Virus record (IMG/VR): IMGVR_UViG_3300023108_000018
Direction: 5' to 3' (one strand)
DNA from: an uncultured virus (IMG/VR IMGVR_UViG_3300023108_000018)
Lineage: Duplodnaviria; Heunggongvirae; Uroviricota; Caudoviricetes
DNA length: 64,000 bases
Below are positions 17,743-27,745 of the stretch, piece after piece; within the stretch, counting starts at the first letter, position 1, and every line of letters begins with the position of its first letter. The position numbers and the translations under genes were made by a program. The notes beneath the pieces are model-generated. The model ran no database searches, was not told the origin of the DNA, and saw only the letters and a list, made by a program, of their open reading frames with translations.

Positions 17743-19755
17743 TTAAACTGCACCGTATACTTCTTCAAACTCAACACCTGAACGTGTTGCGACGAAGTTT
17801 AATGTTACAAAGTTAATTGACTTAGCAGGTTTGATGAAGATTGAACAAACAAATTCGTTTCTATCGATAACTGAATCTGTGTTGTTTGTTTCATCACAAA
17901 CTACTGAGAAGTCTACCAAACCTCTTCTATTCTTCACATCTCTTAGGAAAGGTTCTACTGCACTTCTAAACTGAGCTCTTGTGAATGCATCATTGAATTC
18001 AAAGAGTTGTGCTTGAGCGGCAGTTGCGATTGCTTTCTCCAATACGATGAAGAGTCTTCTGACGTTAATTCTGTCGAATGCACTTGTTGTTGACAATCCT
18101 GTTTTATCACCGAAGAGAACTGTACCTTGTCCTGCGAAAGTAACCACTGGGTTAACTCTTGCACGATAAAGGTCATCTCTAGATGATTTTCTTGGATTGA
18201 AAGCAAGTTTTGTAATACCTAAGTATTGTCCTCTTGAGAAACCTGCAGGTGAGTACCATGGGTCTCTTAACAAGTCAGATCGTGCCATAATCCCTGCAGT
18301 ATGGGGGTTTGCAGGTATGTAACAATATCTGTCATTGAATCTATCGTACTGATAAACCCAAGTTGAATCGAATACAACGTATGATGAACTTGTTGCAGTA
18401 TCTACTGTTGCAATAACGTTTTTCAATCTGTTATTTTCAGATGTAGGTGCAAAGTGATTTGCTTCACTGTTTGCAGTACCCAAAACGTCTTTCTTCATTG
18501 GTGATGCAACAAGGATACAATCCTTTCTTGTTTCACAAAGTTGAATACCTTGGTTGATGATAGTTGTCCAATCTGCTAAACTATCACCGTTGTCTGTTCT
18601 AGTTGAACCTACGATCAAGAACGAGATGTCAGATGCAGATGCATCTTCAAAATGATCTTGCCATGCACCGTAGATAGTCCCAGCAGTTGGTTCTGTACCA
18701 TCTGAACCTGAACTCAATGATGAGTTATTTACTGCAGAAGGTCTTCCGAATGCTGTTGTAGCTGACTGTACATGTGTTCTATGTTCGTTAACTGTAGTGT
18801 GAGTTGATGTTGTATGCGCTGTCCAATAAACCCACTGTGAATCTCTTTCGATTACATCTCTGTAATAATTAGAGTTTCCATTTGAATCTTTTGAGTCAGA
18901 TGCAAGGGATACAAAAGGATACGATTCCAATACTGTGTTAGCAGTACCTGAAATTGTTCCATCCTCATCGACAACCACTACGTGTATTTCGTCGTCTGAA
19001 CCACCTGCTGATAATGCAGATGCAGACTTTGCTGGAGCTTTGTTGAAAATGTTGTAGAACTCCCAATACCTATTGACGTTAGTCGCCGCAGAAACAGCAA
19101 CTGTAAGTCCTGTTCCAGTAGGTTGTCCTATTGCTTCGATAGTTAATGAATCTGTTGCGATTGCAGTAATACGGTACTGTGTATTATGACCTACTTGGTC
19201 AAATTCAATGATATCTCTAACATTGAAAGAAGCACCTTCTCCTGCACCAACAGAAATTGATGTGTTACCTTCAGCCTCATTTCCTGCAACTGCACCTACA
19301 CCTGCGTTGAAATACGCATTTGCAGATGGACATACTGAAACTTTAAGTGAATTACCTAAAGCACCAGCAAATCTTGCAGTCCATTGACCTGTAGTCCCAC
19401 TCAATGCACCATCTCTGGCAATATTTTGGTAGTCTGTATCATTTTTGATAAGTTGAGTCCCACCACTTGAGTTAGAGTTATACAACCCTGAGTTGTTTAA
19501 TCTGATAACTCGTAGTGCTGAACCATATTTCAGGAACGATTCTGCTGAATAGAAGTCTTCTGCTGAAGCATCTGTATTTGCAGGTTCGTAGAAAATGTCG
19601 ACTAAACTTTTCGCATCTGAAACTGTTACTACTTCATCAACAGGGCCCCATTGAAATGTACCAGCAAATCCTCCAACCGTGGAAGAAACTGCAGGTACAA
19701 CATTTGTAAGGTCTATCTCTGAGACCTGTACGCCTGGTGATACTTGAAATGCCAT
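17743..19755 (-). CDS. gp18: tail sheath protein gp18
   Basis: SPGVQVSEID, WGPVDE, PWYSPAG, FDRINVRRLF. Confidence 0.97.
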   Translation of the reverse strand: MAFQVSPGVQVSEIDLTNVVPAVSSTVGGFAGTFQWGPVDEVVTVSDAKSLVDIFYEPANTDASAEDFYSAESFLKYGSALRVIRLNNSGLYNSNSSGGTQLIKNDTDYQNIARDGALSGTTGQWTARFAGALGNSLKVSVCPSANAYFNAGVGAVAGNEAEGNTSISVGAGEGASFNVRDIIEFDQVGHNTQYRITAIATDSLTIEAIGQPTGTGLTVAVSAATNVNRYWEFYNIFNKAPAKSASALSAGGSDDEIHVVVVDEDGTISGTANTVLESYPFVSLASDSKDSNGNSNYYRDVIERDSQWVYWTAHTTSTHTTVNEHRTHVQSATTAFGRPSAVNNSSLSSGSDGTEPTAGTIYGAWQDHFEDASASDISFLIVGSTRTDNGDSLADWTTIINQGIQLCETRKDCILVASPMKKDVLGTANSEANHFAPTSENNRLKNVIATVDTATSSSYVVFDSTWVYQYDRFNDRYCYIPANPHTAGIMARSDLLRDPWYSPAGFSRGQYLGITKLAFNPRKSSRDDLYRARVNPVVTFAGQGTVLFGDKTGLSTTSAFDRINVRRLFIVLEKAIATAAQAQLFEFNDAFTRAQFRSAVEPFLRDVKNRRGLVDFSVVCDETNNTDSVIDRNEFVCSIFIKPAKSINFVTLNFVATRSGVEFEEVYGAV

Positions 19756-19795
19756 ACTTTTTCTCCTGTTAATGTAAAAAGTTTTCTTACTGTTT

Positions 19796-19803
19796 TATTT
19801 ATA
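19796..19803 (-). promoter_or_regulatory. T4-type late promoter
   Basis: TATAAATA upstream of gp18. Confidence 0.75.
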
Positions 19804-19827
19804 AGTTTATTACTTTTAACGTTACTA

Positions 19828-21411
19828 TTATGTGTCTGTAAACCATCTATCTCCATTCACATCTACAAATGAATTACTAGATTCATCCTCTTGATGGAAG
19901 AAGCCTGGGGGTAACAGATCATCTTCAATTAGTTTTTGTTGTTCTGAGTACAATAAATCCTTTACTGCACGATCAGTTAGAAATGTAAATTGTTCTGTTG
20001 TTACAAACCAACTGAATAAAACTAAATTCATCACTGTGTCATCATTATAACCTCTATCTGCCTCATAACTATTACCCTTAATAACAAATGTCATTAATTC
20101 TGTAATAGTTGCTCTATCACATAGAAGTAATCTGTTTTCTTCTAAAAGTTCTTTGAGTGTAGAACACCCAATTCTTTTTATACGTCTGTTCATCGTTATA
20201 CCAATATCAGACGCCTTTTGAAGACCCTGTGCAAATACGTTAGGGTATTCAATGTCAAAATGCAACTGTGTTGCAACCGTAGAACCTTCTGCATTGTTTT
20301 CTATAATAACTAATGCTTCATTATACGGTCTTACGTATTTATTAATTATGTCAGGTAACAAGAGCGATGAAATCATATTATCTCTATATGTTAACACCTG
20401 TCTGAACGGTTTCGCAGATACATCGACTACGGTGAACGTAGAATAGTCCATACCACGTCCTGAGGACACGTCTACTGTACAGACATAGTTATGCTCAGGT
20501 TGAGGTAACTCATAGACTTTTACACCGTCTTTACCCCACTCATGGTCTCTTGCTCGCATTCCTAAGAGCGTATCTGCGTTGATAAGGGTTGCACCTGTCC
20601 CTAAGAAACTATTACCGTATTCCTGTTCAAATTGCGCCTCAGAGGTATTTGCAATGGTCATCTTCTTCCATTCTTCATCTCTGCCTGGCACATCGTACCA
20701 ATTAATTGTAAAATGTTTATACTCTGATTGTCCGTGAACTGCAGATTCATATATCTTATGGAACATATTACCCACACCATTTGCAGTAGATGTAATAATA
20801 ACCTTTGAGTCTTTACCTGAGGTTACCACTGGATATGTTGCAGTATAGAACTCTTCTGCACCTTCTACGAATGCAAACTCATCGAGATATAGTAAGTTGA
20901 TTGACATACCACGAATCGAACTAGAAGATGTTGCGGCTGCGACTACTTTAGAATCATTACCAAATTCTATCGAACCTTTGTTAAGAATCTTAACTCCAGG
21001 CTGCAGAAAGAATGGAACAGACTCTAACATAGTAACGAGACGTGCAATCATCTCCCTTGCAATTGCACCTTTGTTTGCAAGTATAGCAACTGTAACTTCA
21101 GGATTGAACAACAAATACCATAATAGATATGCACAAGATGTAATTGATTTACCACTCTGACGTGATGCGAGAACAACATTAAATCTGTTTGAATTATAAT
21201 GATTGATTAATTTTTCTTGATATCCACGAAGTTCAAAAGGAACTAAACCTTCGTCAAGTGATATAATTTGAGTGTAAGATTGAATGAAATAACAAGGGTC
21301 TTTAGTACACTTCAAGTACTCTTTTAATTCTTCTTCGGTATACTGGTGGTTGATGCCAGAACGTTTGATTAAGTTATTACCGAGATAACCCTCATTCTTA
21401 GGTTGTACCAT
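19828..21411 (-). CDS. gp17: terminase large subunit gp17
   Basis: SRQSGKS Walker A, LLYLDEFAF Walker B, STANG, nuclease Asp motifs. Confidence 0.97.
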   Translation of the reverse strand: MVQPKNEGYLGNNLIKRSGINHQYTEEELKEYLKCTKDPCYFIQSYTQIISLDEGLVPFELRGYQEKLINHYNSNRFNVVLASRQSGKSITSCAYLLWYLLFNPEVTVAILANKGAIAREMIARLVTMLESVPFFLQPGVKILNKGSIEFGNDSKVVAAATSSSSIRGMSINLLYLDEFAFVEGAEEFYTATYPVVTSGKDSKVIITSTANGVGNMFHKIYESAVHGQSEYKHFTINWYDVPGRDEEWKKMTIANTSEAQFEQEYGNSFLGTGATLINADTLLGMRARDHEWGKDGVKVYELPQPEHNYVCTVDVSSGRGMDYSTFTVVDVSAKPFRQVLTYRDNMISSLLLPDIINKYVRPYNEALVIIENNAEGSTVATQLHFDIEYPNVFAQGLQKASDIGITMNRRIKRIGCSTLKELLEENRLLLCDRATITELMTFVIKGNSYEADRGYNDDTVMNLVLFSWFVTTEQFTFLTDRAVKDLLYSEQQKLIEDDLLPPGFFHQEDESSNSFVDVNGDRWFTDT

Positions 21412-21803
21412 TAGTCTTTATTCTTTTTCAGAAACTTCTGCAAGTCAGATGTTGACCCCACATATAGATGATTGTGTTGTGTCTTTGGTGCATCTTCACC
21501 TTCTAGTTTCTTTAATTTACTTTGTAGATCAATAAGTTTTTCTGCAGTCTCACCCACTGTTTTAATTAATTGTCCTGCAACTTCGTATGCACGTGGATGT
21601 TCCGTTTCTTTGGATAGTTCTAAGATACCATCGATTGCATCTTGTCCTCTCTCTACGAGATTATAAAGATTCTCTCTGGCATATTTGTAATCTGTTTCGA
21701 TATTCTCTGTTCTTGCAGGAAGTTTGACTAAGTCTGTCTTTTCCTTAATATCAGAACTAATATCTAACAGATCATTGAGTTGTTGATCTACTTTGTCTGT
21801 CAT
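21411..21803 (-). CDS. gp16: terminase small subunit gp16
   Basis: DYKYARENL, HPRAYEVAGQL, VGSTSDLQ. Confidence 0.92.
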   Translation of the reverse strand: MTDKVDQQLNDLLDISSDIKEKTDLVKLPARTENIETDYKYARENLYNLVERGQDAIDGILELSKETEHPRAYEVAGQLIKTVGETAEKLIDLQSKLKKLEGEDAPKTQHNHLYVGSTSDLQKFLKKNKD

Positions 21804-21805
21804 AA

Positions 21806-22852
21806 TTAAACTGCATCACTATCTATGTCTTCTTGGAATGTAGATGGTGCGCCATCATCATAAAATGTTACCGTCTCTGCGACAACAAATGTATCTGTTG
21901 GGTCAACCGAACCTACAAACTTCAATGTAGTGTCTGCATCTAGTGTCACTGCATTACTCACTACCATTGATAATCTATCTGTTGCAATCGATGTAATAGT
22001 TGGATTCGTTGATAAGTTTGTTCCAAAAACTTCATCTGATGCACTTATCTTACTATTTATTGCACTTGAAAAAGTAATAGTTGTTGAGTTAGAAACTGCG
22101 TTAGATACTTCTGCAAATGCAGGTTCATAGTGTTTAACTTCTTTTACTAGACCTGATGAACTGATTTGTGACGTTGTAAATAACCCTGTTGCACTATTGA
22201 TATAATCTCTTTCAATAACATTTGTAATAATCTTACCAGTACTTACAGGGCCGAAGAAGTATATCTTCATTGTAAAGTCTAGTGTATATTCAATAACTCT
22301 TCTCTCTTCGAATGTCCCTTCGTACTGATCATCCATACTTACTGAATTTAAAACAATAGGAACATCCCTAGTGTCAGACATATCATCGATCATTTTCATA
22401 GTGACCGTGTATTCAGGTTGAAAGTATGGTAGAATTTGTTCTACAATTTGTAATGCATCTATAGCATTCTTTGCAAGAACACTTAGTGAGAAGTTTAGAT
22501 TATATGGTGCAGGTTGATATTGAAACCCTCTATTAACTCCATCAGATTCTAGTGTTGATTTACCATGTCTGATAATTTTGTTTTGTTGTCTAGTTGCATC
22601 ATATTCAAAACCTGCTAGTTGAAATGCCATACGTGGAAGAGAGATTGCAGTCCTGTTACCATCAGAAAGATTAGGTTCTTCTGCAAGTCTCTGTAAAAAC
22701 TTCTGTTTAGGGCCGTATGAAATAGGTACCAATTGTTCTGTTAAAACAGTACCATCTGATTTTGTTTTCTTAACTTTGATGTTATTAAAGAGAGTACCGA
22801 ATATAGAAATTGATCTTTTGATAGTCTCATTATAAAAATATGTACCAAACAT
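21806..22852 (-). CDS. gp15: tail sheath stabilizer / terminator gp15
   Basis: FGTLFNNI, VPISYGPKQKF, QIVEQILPYFQP; extra C-terminal beta-rich insertion. Confidence 0.93.
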   Translation of the reverse strand: MFGTYFYNETIKRSISIFGTLFNNIKVKKTKSDGTVLTEQLVPISYGPKQKFLQRLAEEPNLSDGNRTAISLPRMAFQLAGFEYDATRQQNKIIRHGKSTLESDGVNRGFQYQPAPYNLNFSLSVLAKNAIDALQIVEQILPYFQPEYTVTMKMIDDMSDTRDVPIVLNSVSMDDQYEGTFEERRVIEYTLDFTMKIYFFGPVSTGKIITNVIERDYINSATGLFTTSQISSSGLVKEVKHYEPAFAEVSNAVSNSTTITFSSAINSKISASDEVFGTNLSTNPTITSIATDRLSMVVSNAVTLDADTTLKFVGSVDPTDTFVVAETVTFYDDGAPSTFQEDIDSDAV

Positions 22853-23706
22853 TACGGTTCTCCAAATGGATTCGTTTCACTAAAGTCTAAGTAAGATGTG
22901 TCTTTATCTTCAAACTCTTTGTTCTGTGCGTTAGGGTCATTACTCATAGTCATGATATCTGTAATTGTTAAGATGTCGTATGATGCACCATTGTCTGCAC
23001 CTACAAGTGTGTCTCCAACTTGTAGTGTTCTAGTGTTATCTTTGATTGTAAGTTTTCTAGTAGATGCAACCCACGATACAACTTCACCTACTACGACACT
23101 ATTAAGTGTAACATTTTCATTTGCGTAGTATGTTCCAGTTCCTGTTGCATCCATTGTAAGTTCAATTGAATATGCTTGTTGATCTTCAACAAGATCAATG
23201 AATGTGTTACCAGTATCGAAATCTTCTCCACTATATTCAAACAATTCACATTGAAGTTTAAACACAAACAGTTTACCAACTTGATAGAAAGGATTTTCGT
23301 GTTCTACAAACTTGATTTCAAATAATGAACCTGACATAGGAAAATAGATTAGATCACCTTCATTTGGTCTGAGTGACGTTGCAAGGTTACTATCTAAGGA
23401 AATGAACCTTTCCCATGAACGTAAAGATAAAACAAACGTGGCTTGGTCTCTTACTTGTACACCAAACTTACTGAAAAGGTCTCCTTCTCCTTCGAAACCT
23501 TCTGTGTTTTCAATATACATTTCAACACTGTATGCATCTCCATAGATTGATTGAATGTCCTCTCCTAGTATAGAGTCCTCTTCGACTACTTCTCTAGGTA
23601 AGTAGAAACATTCGTGTCCATAGAATCGTAATGATTCAACAACTAAATCTTCGTAAAGATGTTGTTCAGTTTGGACTGCATGGTTAAAATATACATTAGT
23701 TGGCAT
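22852..23706 (-). CDS. gp14: neck protein gp14
   Basis: LFSKFG, PNEGDLIYFP, PFYQVGK, DFSETNPFG. Confidence 0.94.
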   Translation of the reverse strand: MPTNVYFNHAVQTEQHLYEDLVVESLRFYGHECFYLPREVVEEDSILGEDIQSIYGDAYSVEMYIENTEGFEGEGDLFSKFGVQVRDQATFVLSLRSWERFISLDSNLATSLRPNEGDLIYFPMSGSLFEIKFVEHENPFYQVGKLFVFKLQCELFEYSGEDFDTGNTFIDLVEDQQAYSIELTMDATGTGTYYANENVTLNSVVVGEVVSWVASTRKLTIKDNTRTLQVGDTLVGADNGASYDILTITDIMTMSNDPNAQNKEFEDKDTSYLDFSETNPFGEP

Positions 23707-23708
23707 AA

Positions 23709-24524
23709 TTATCCTATCATATCCATCACAGGCATTTCATAATTTAATCTTGATTCTTCTTCCAGTCTCTGTATCTCCTCTTGCGCTTCTTGTTTCATTT
23801 GTGAACCGTCAAGTGTCACACCGCCAGGCAGTGGTATACCTTGGAACTTAGAAAGGTTTTCTCCCCATTGATACTTAACTAATGCAGTTGCATATCGTTT
23901 CAACCACATATCATTATAGATATCTGTAAAGTCTGAGGGGTCTAATTTACGATAACATTCTATGATTAAATACTCATCATCATTGATTGCATCTAAATCC
24001 ATATCTAGATATAATCTATTCATGTGAGTGTTATATCTAATTGGTGTTCTACCGACAAGTATATGATCTAACATATTGATGTGTTGTTGTACTTGTTCGT
24101 AATATAAAATATTTGTTGACGTTAAATCCCATAAATCATTCAATCTTAATTGATACCTAAGATCAAACATATTCATATTGTGTTTATCATTAAATGGGAA
24201 TATGTTAATCACTGCAAGAACATGTTCAGGTAACACGATGTAATTCTTTTGATGTTCTGACACTTCATTAGTGTAATCGTGTGTACCAGCAGGTGTTGCA
24301 GTGAATGACTCATTAGTCTTCATTGCAGTTTTCTTGGTGTTAGTAATCTGATGTTTTAGATACGTTTTGATTGAACCATCATAGTGATACTCTCTGAAAT
24401 ATTGGAGTGCTTCATCAATTCTATCGTCGAATTGATCGTCATCAACGTTTATTTCGAGTACAGGCGCACCAAGCCTTCTCTTGATATACTCTTTTAGTGC
24501 TGATTTGCTATTTGGTTCTGACAT
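23709..24524 (-). CDS. gp13: neck protein gp13
   Basis: LGAPVLEINV, WLKRYATALVKYQWG, LPGGVTLDG. Confidence 0.94.
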   Translation of the reverse strand: MSEPNSKSALKEYIKRRLGAPVLEINVDDDQFDDRIDEALQYFREYHYDGSIKTYLKHQITNTKKTAMKTNESFTATPAGTHDYTNEVSEHQKNYIVLPEHVLAVINIFPFNDKHNMNMFDLRYQLRLNDLWDLTSTNILYYEQVQQHINMLDHILVGRTPIRYNTHMNRLYLDMDLDAINDDEYLIIECYRKLDPSDFTDIYNDMWLKRYATALVKYQWGENLSKFQGIPLPGGVTLDGSQMKQEAQEEIQRLEEESRLNYEMPVMDMIG

Positions 24525-24570
24525 AGTAGTATTCCATTAATTAAATGTGTTACTACTATTTATGCGAATT

Positions 24571-24831
24571 TTAATCTTGGAAGTAAGTTCTCGACTGTAA
24601 TCTGTCTATCTTTTCGTCTATTCGTTCTATCGTACTCATCATTCTTTGGAAGTCTGCTTCTATCTCTTCCCTTGTTACATACTCTTTTGCAATCTCTTCT
24701 CTTGTTTTATTAAGAAGTATATCGATTCTTTTCTGCTCTGCGAGAACAGACCTCACTAAAAATCCAAGTGGGAAAACGACAGCCGTGATGAATACGTGCC
24801 ACAAAAATTCAGGGTTTACAGTTACTTCCAT
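24571..24831 (-). CDS. small membrane-anchored coiled-coil protein
   Basis: N-terminal hydrophobic helix followed by a coiled coil. Confidence 0.65.
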   Translation of the reverse strand: MEVTVNPEFLWHVFITAVVFPLGFLVRSVLAEQKRIDILLNKTREEIAKEYVTREEIEADFQRMMSTIERIDEKIDRLQSRTYFQD

Positions 24832-24840
24832 ACATACTAT

Positions 24841-25542
24841 TTAGAAGATTGGGTTCCCCTCTGAGTCTATTTCAAATAGAAATTCATCAGGGTCGTGGTC
24901 AAAATTACTACAATTACTTCCATCAGGATGATGGTATTTTACTTCCATATTAAATGAGATACTATAACGATCTTTGTTACTCATGTTAGGTTCAACCATG
25001 TGCATCAAACCACTTGGGAACAGAATTAACCTTCCACTTCTTGGTTCGATATTATGACTCATTCTAAACCTAGGTGAATTAGGATGGTCAGAAACCACCT
25101 TTGTGTCTTTATCTATTAATGAAATGCATCCTTCATCACCCTCTGCATGAACGTAAAATACACCACTATACCAACAACCATTATGTAAGTGTGGAGCATT
25201 CCATGCAGAAAAATCGTTAATATTAGCCCATGAGTTACCTATATTTACTGTACACTTAGTTTGGTCTATACGATGAAACGGTAAAACCTCATCTTTAAAT
25301 TGTTGTTCTATCTTTCTCATCAATTGACTAAGTGCAGGATTTGATTCACAACCATCTACTGATTGCCATCCTGTATATTGGTTAGATACTTGTCTACCAG
25401 CAGGGTCTCTCTTTCTCATACCATCCATTGCATCTCTGCACATTTTAAGATAGTCTTCAGTGACACCTCTACGTTGATCTAGTTCAGGGTCTAATAAATC
25501 CTTCTCAAATACAAAGTTTGGAAATAATAATCTAACTGCCAT
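24841..25542 (-). CDS. putative 2OG-Fe(II) oxygenase (TIGR02466-like)
   Basis: WANIN...PHLH...SGVFY, LFPSGLMHMVEPN...RYSISFN. Confidence 0.85.
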   Translation of the reverse strand: MAVRLLFPNFVFEKDLLDPELDQRRGVTEDYLKMCRDAMDGMRKRDPAGRQVSNQYTGWQSVDGCESNPALSQLMRKIEQQFKDEVLPFHRIDQTKCTVNIGNSWANINDFSAWNAPHLHNGCWYSGVFYVHAEGDEGCISLIDKDTKVVSDHPNSPRFRMSHNIEPRSGRLILFPSGLMHMVEPNMSNKDRYSISFNMEVKYHHPDGSNCSNFDHDPDEFLFEIDSEGNPIF

Positions 25543-26425
25543 TATCTAAATCTAACTCCAATTGGTTTTCTGTTTCTTCACTTACAACTTTATGAAAAGG
25601 ACATTCAGGTGGTGGTGATTCTTCTTTATAAAACTTACCCTTCGGTTGCCAGTATTCACCTTTTCTATATGCACCCATTTGTAATGATACATTTCTTTCT
25701 TCATCACTCAACCCCTTATGTCGACCCCACTCATCCATAGATTTTGCATATTTACCATCTAAGTGAGTTGTCACACTAGAACGATTCTCTTGAAATGTTT
25801 GATGGTCGAACTGCATGTACGATGCATTCCATTCTTCTCTTTTGAAAGGTACAACCTGACATAGTGGTGTACCTTCCTTAATGGTAAATGATTTCTGTAC
25901 CTTTGGATAAAATATGATTTGTGCATTATCCATGTTACTGTTAAATGTATCAGTATCAATAATTCCTTGCCATGTTGCAAAGTATTGATTCTGAAATAAG
26001 AAGGGGTCTAAGTAGAAACATGAATAGCCTGGAGGTGTAACAATGTTCCAAGGGTTTCTCATTTTGAATGCATCATTGACAGGGCCATGAGTACCCATGT
26101 ATTCAAATGCATTTCCCATTTGTGTATGATTATGTGAAGGTGATGCATAACCATCGTTCTTATCTTTAGTATAGAACTCTGTTGAATCGGAATCTGTTCC
26201 TACACCACAGTTAACTTCCATATCTCTATTTGCAACGAGATACCATCCCATCTTTAACCAGTCATCCATTGCAGGACAGGCACGTACTGTTGTTATACGT
26301 TTTCCATGTACATCCATACCAACCTTGAGGGTTTTCCACCACTCAGGTTGAACCGTTTTCGCAAGAACTGGTCTAAAGTTCTTAACCGTGTCCGTATCGT
26401 ATGAATGGAATTCTATCGTCGGCAC
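25532..26425 (-). CDS. conserved phage hypothetical protein associated with oxygenase clusters
   Basis: CPAMDD, NPWNIVTPPGYS, GIIDTD and GTPLCQVVPFKRE motifs. Confidence 0.7.
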   Translation of the reverse strand: MPTIEFHSYDTDTVKNFRPVLAKTVQPEWWKTLKVGMDVHGKRITTVRACPAMDDWLKMGWYLVANRDMEVNCGVGTDSDSTEFYTKDKNDGYASPSHNHTQMGNAFEYMGTHGPVNDAFKMRNPWNIVTPPGYSCFYLDPFLFQNQYFATWQGIIDTDTFNSNMDNAQIIFYPKVQKSFTIKEGTPLCQVVPFKREEWNASYMQFDHQTFQENRSSVTTHLDGKYAKSMDEWGRHKGLSDEERNVSLQMGAYRKGEYWQPKGKFYKEESPPPECPFHKVVSEETENQLELDLDNGS

Positions 26426-27125
26426 TGTACTTCGTCCTCCTGTCTGTTAATTTAACCTCGTCTCCTCTGATTACTATGGAACGTCTATCCATGTATCTTG
26501 CACTTTCATTTGGTGCATCTGCACCATGAGGTATTCTACCATCAAATAAAACTAAACGATTTGGTACAAATTCCACTTCTGCAATTTGATGGTTTTTAAT
26601 ATGTTCGTTTCTTCCTTGAAGACCCTGTTGTGGTGAATCATAAATTCTTAATGTACCACCCCATTTAGGGTTCCAAAATCTGTTATAATAATATAAAAAA
26701 GATAAGTTCCAATCATCATGATCATCACAATCTGAGTGTGTAGTTCCATGACATCCATGTGTTTGAGAATTTAAACCTGCATACTGAAATCTAACCCACT
26801 CAAATTCAAAATCTGTTTGAAGTTTTCTATTAAACCAAATCGGAACGACTGCATCTAAACGATCAATATCTCCTTCAAGATTGTCCCCACGAAGAAAACT
26901 TGCACCCCAAAAAGAATGCATGGGTAATCCTGTAGGATTGTCTCCACCGACTTGATTGGTTTTAGACCAAATTGATGTTCTAGTAAATAGGTTGTCTATG
27001 TGGTGATGAAGTTCATCACTTAAATAATTATCTATTACATAAACTTTATCTAAAGGCAACTCGCAAATTTTAAAAGGTTCGTCTAAGTAGACGACCTCTA
27101 ATTGATCATCATCCTGTTTGACCAT
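26382..27125 (-). CDS. 2OG-Fe(II) oxygenase (prolyl-hydroxylase-like)
   Basis: HSD, WGGTL, PNRLVLFDGRIPHGA...R; likely start MVKQ at 27125. Confidence 0.85.
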   Translation of the reverse strand: MVKQDDDQLEVVYLDEPFKICELPLDKVYVIDNYLSDELHHHIDNLFTRTSIWSKTNQVGGDNPTGLPMHSFWGASFLRGDNLEGDIDRLDAVVPIWFNRKLQTDFEFEWVRFQYAGLNSQTHGCHGTTHSDCDDHDDWNLSFLYYYNRFWNPKWGGTLRIYDSPQQGLQGRNEHIKNHQIAEVEFVPNRLVLFDGRIPHGADAPNESARYMDRRSIVIRGDEVKLTDRRTKYSADDRIPFIRYGHG

Positions 27126-27696
27126 TTCCCTGCGTTTCCATATAAGAGTCAGGAGCAAGTAACGGTGTTGGTATAACAACACAGTAGTCATCTACTTCCT
27201 TTAAGAAATCCTCTCTAGTGTTATTAATTTCATCTTCGATTTGTACATAACAACACCACACTGCATCAGCATATTCTGCAACTCTTCTGGCCGCTGACCT
27301 TCTAGGATGTGAAGACCCTTCTCTACCTGCAAAAACAACTTCAATCAAATCATCAAAACCGTATCTATGCACAACCTCTTTAATGAATTCATGACAAATA
27401 TTATTGATTTCTTGTTTGTGTTGTTGATTTAAATTAAAACCGATAGGTGGTTCAGAGTTTTCAATGTATAGTTCAATCGCATCCTTTTCTTCATCTGTTA
27501 AGGGAAGTGCATCTTGTTTTTCAAAATCTACACCATCTTTCCATTTTACAATCTTAATTTCTAAGTCTGCGTACACTAACATTTCATAATCAAAACCCAA
27601 GTCAGGTGCATCGCAATTGTCAAAACTGTATCTCAAACCATTAGGTTTAGTGATTTGTAGATTACCGTCTTCTGTAAATATTAATTCACTTTTCAT
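27109..27696 (-). CDS. hypothetical protein, possible tail-fibre assembly chaperone-like
   Basis: acidic 195 aa; YGFDD...YADAVW segment resembles phage fibre-assembly proteins (impression only). Confidence 0.45.
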   Translation of the reverse strand: MKSELIFTEDGNLQITKPNGLRYSFDNCDAPDLGFDYEMLVYADLEIKIVKWKDGVDFEKQDALPLTDEEKDAIELYIENSEPPIGFNLNQQHKQEINNICHEFIKEVVHRYGFDDLIEVVFAGREGSSHPRRSAARRVAEYADAVWCCYVQIEDEINNTREDFLKEVDDYCVVIPTPLLAPDSYMETQGNGQTG

Positions 27697-27716
27697 TTAT
27701 TAAATACCTCTTTCAT

Positions 27717-27745
27717 ATTATAACCTGTCATTGACTTTTTGTCAA
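27717..27745 (-). promoter_or_regulatory. consensus sigma70 promoter for the oxygenase block
   Basis: TTGACA-N17-TATAAT; the -35 box lies in the palindrome TTGAC-N5-GTCAA. Confidence 0.85.
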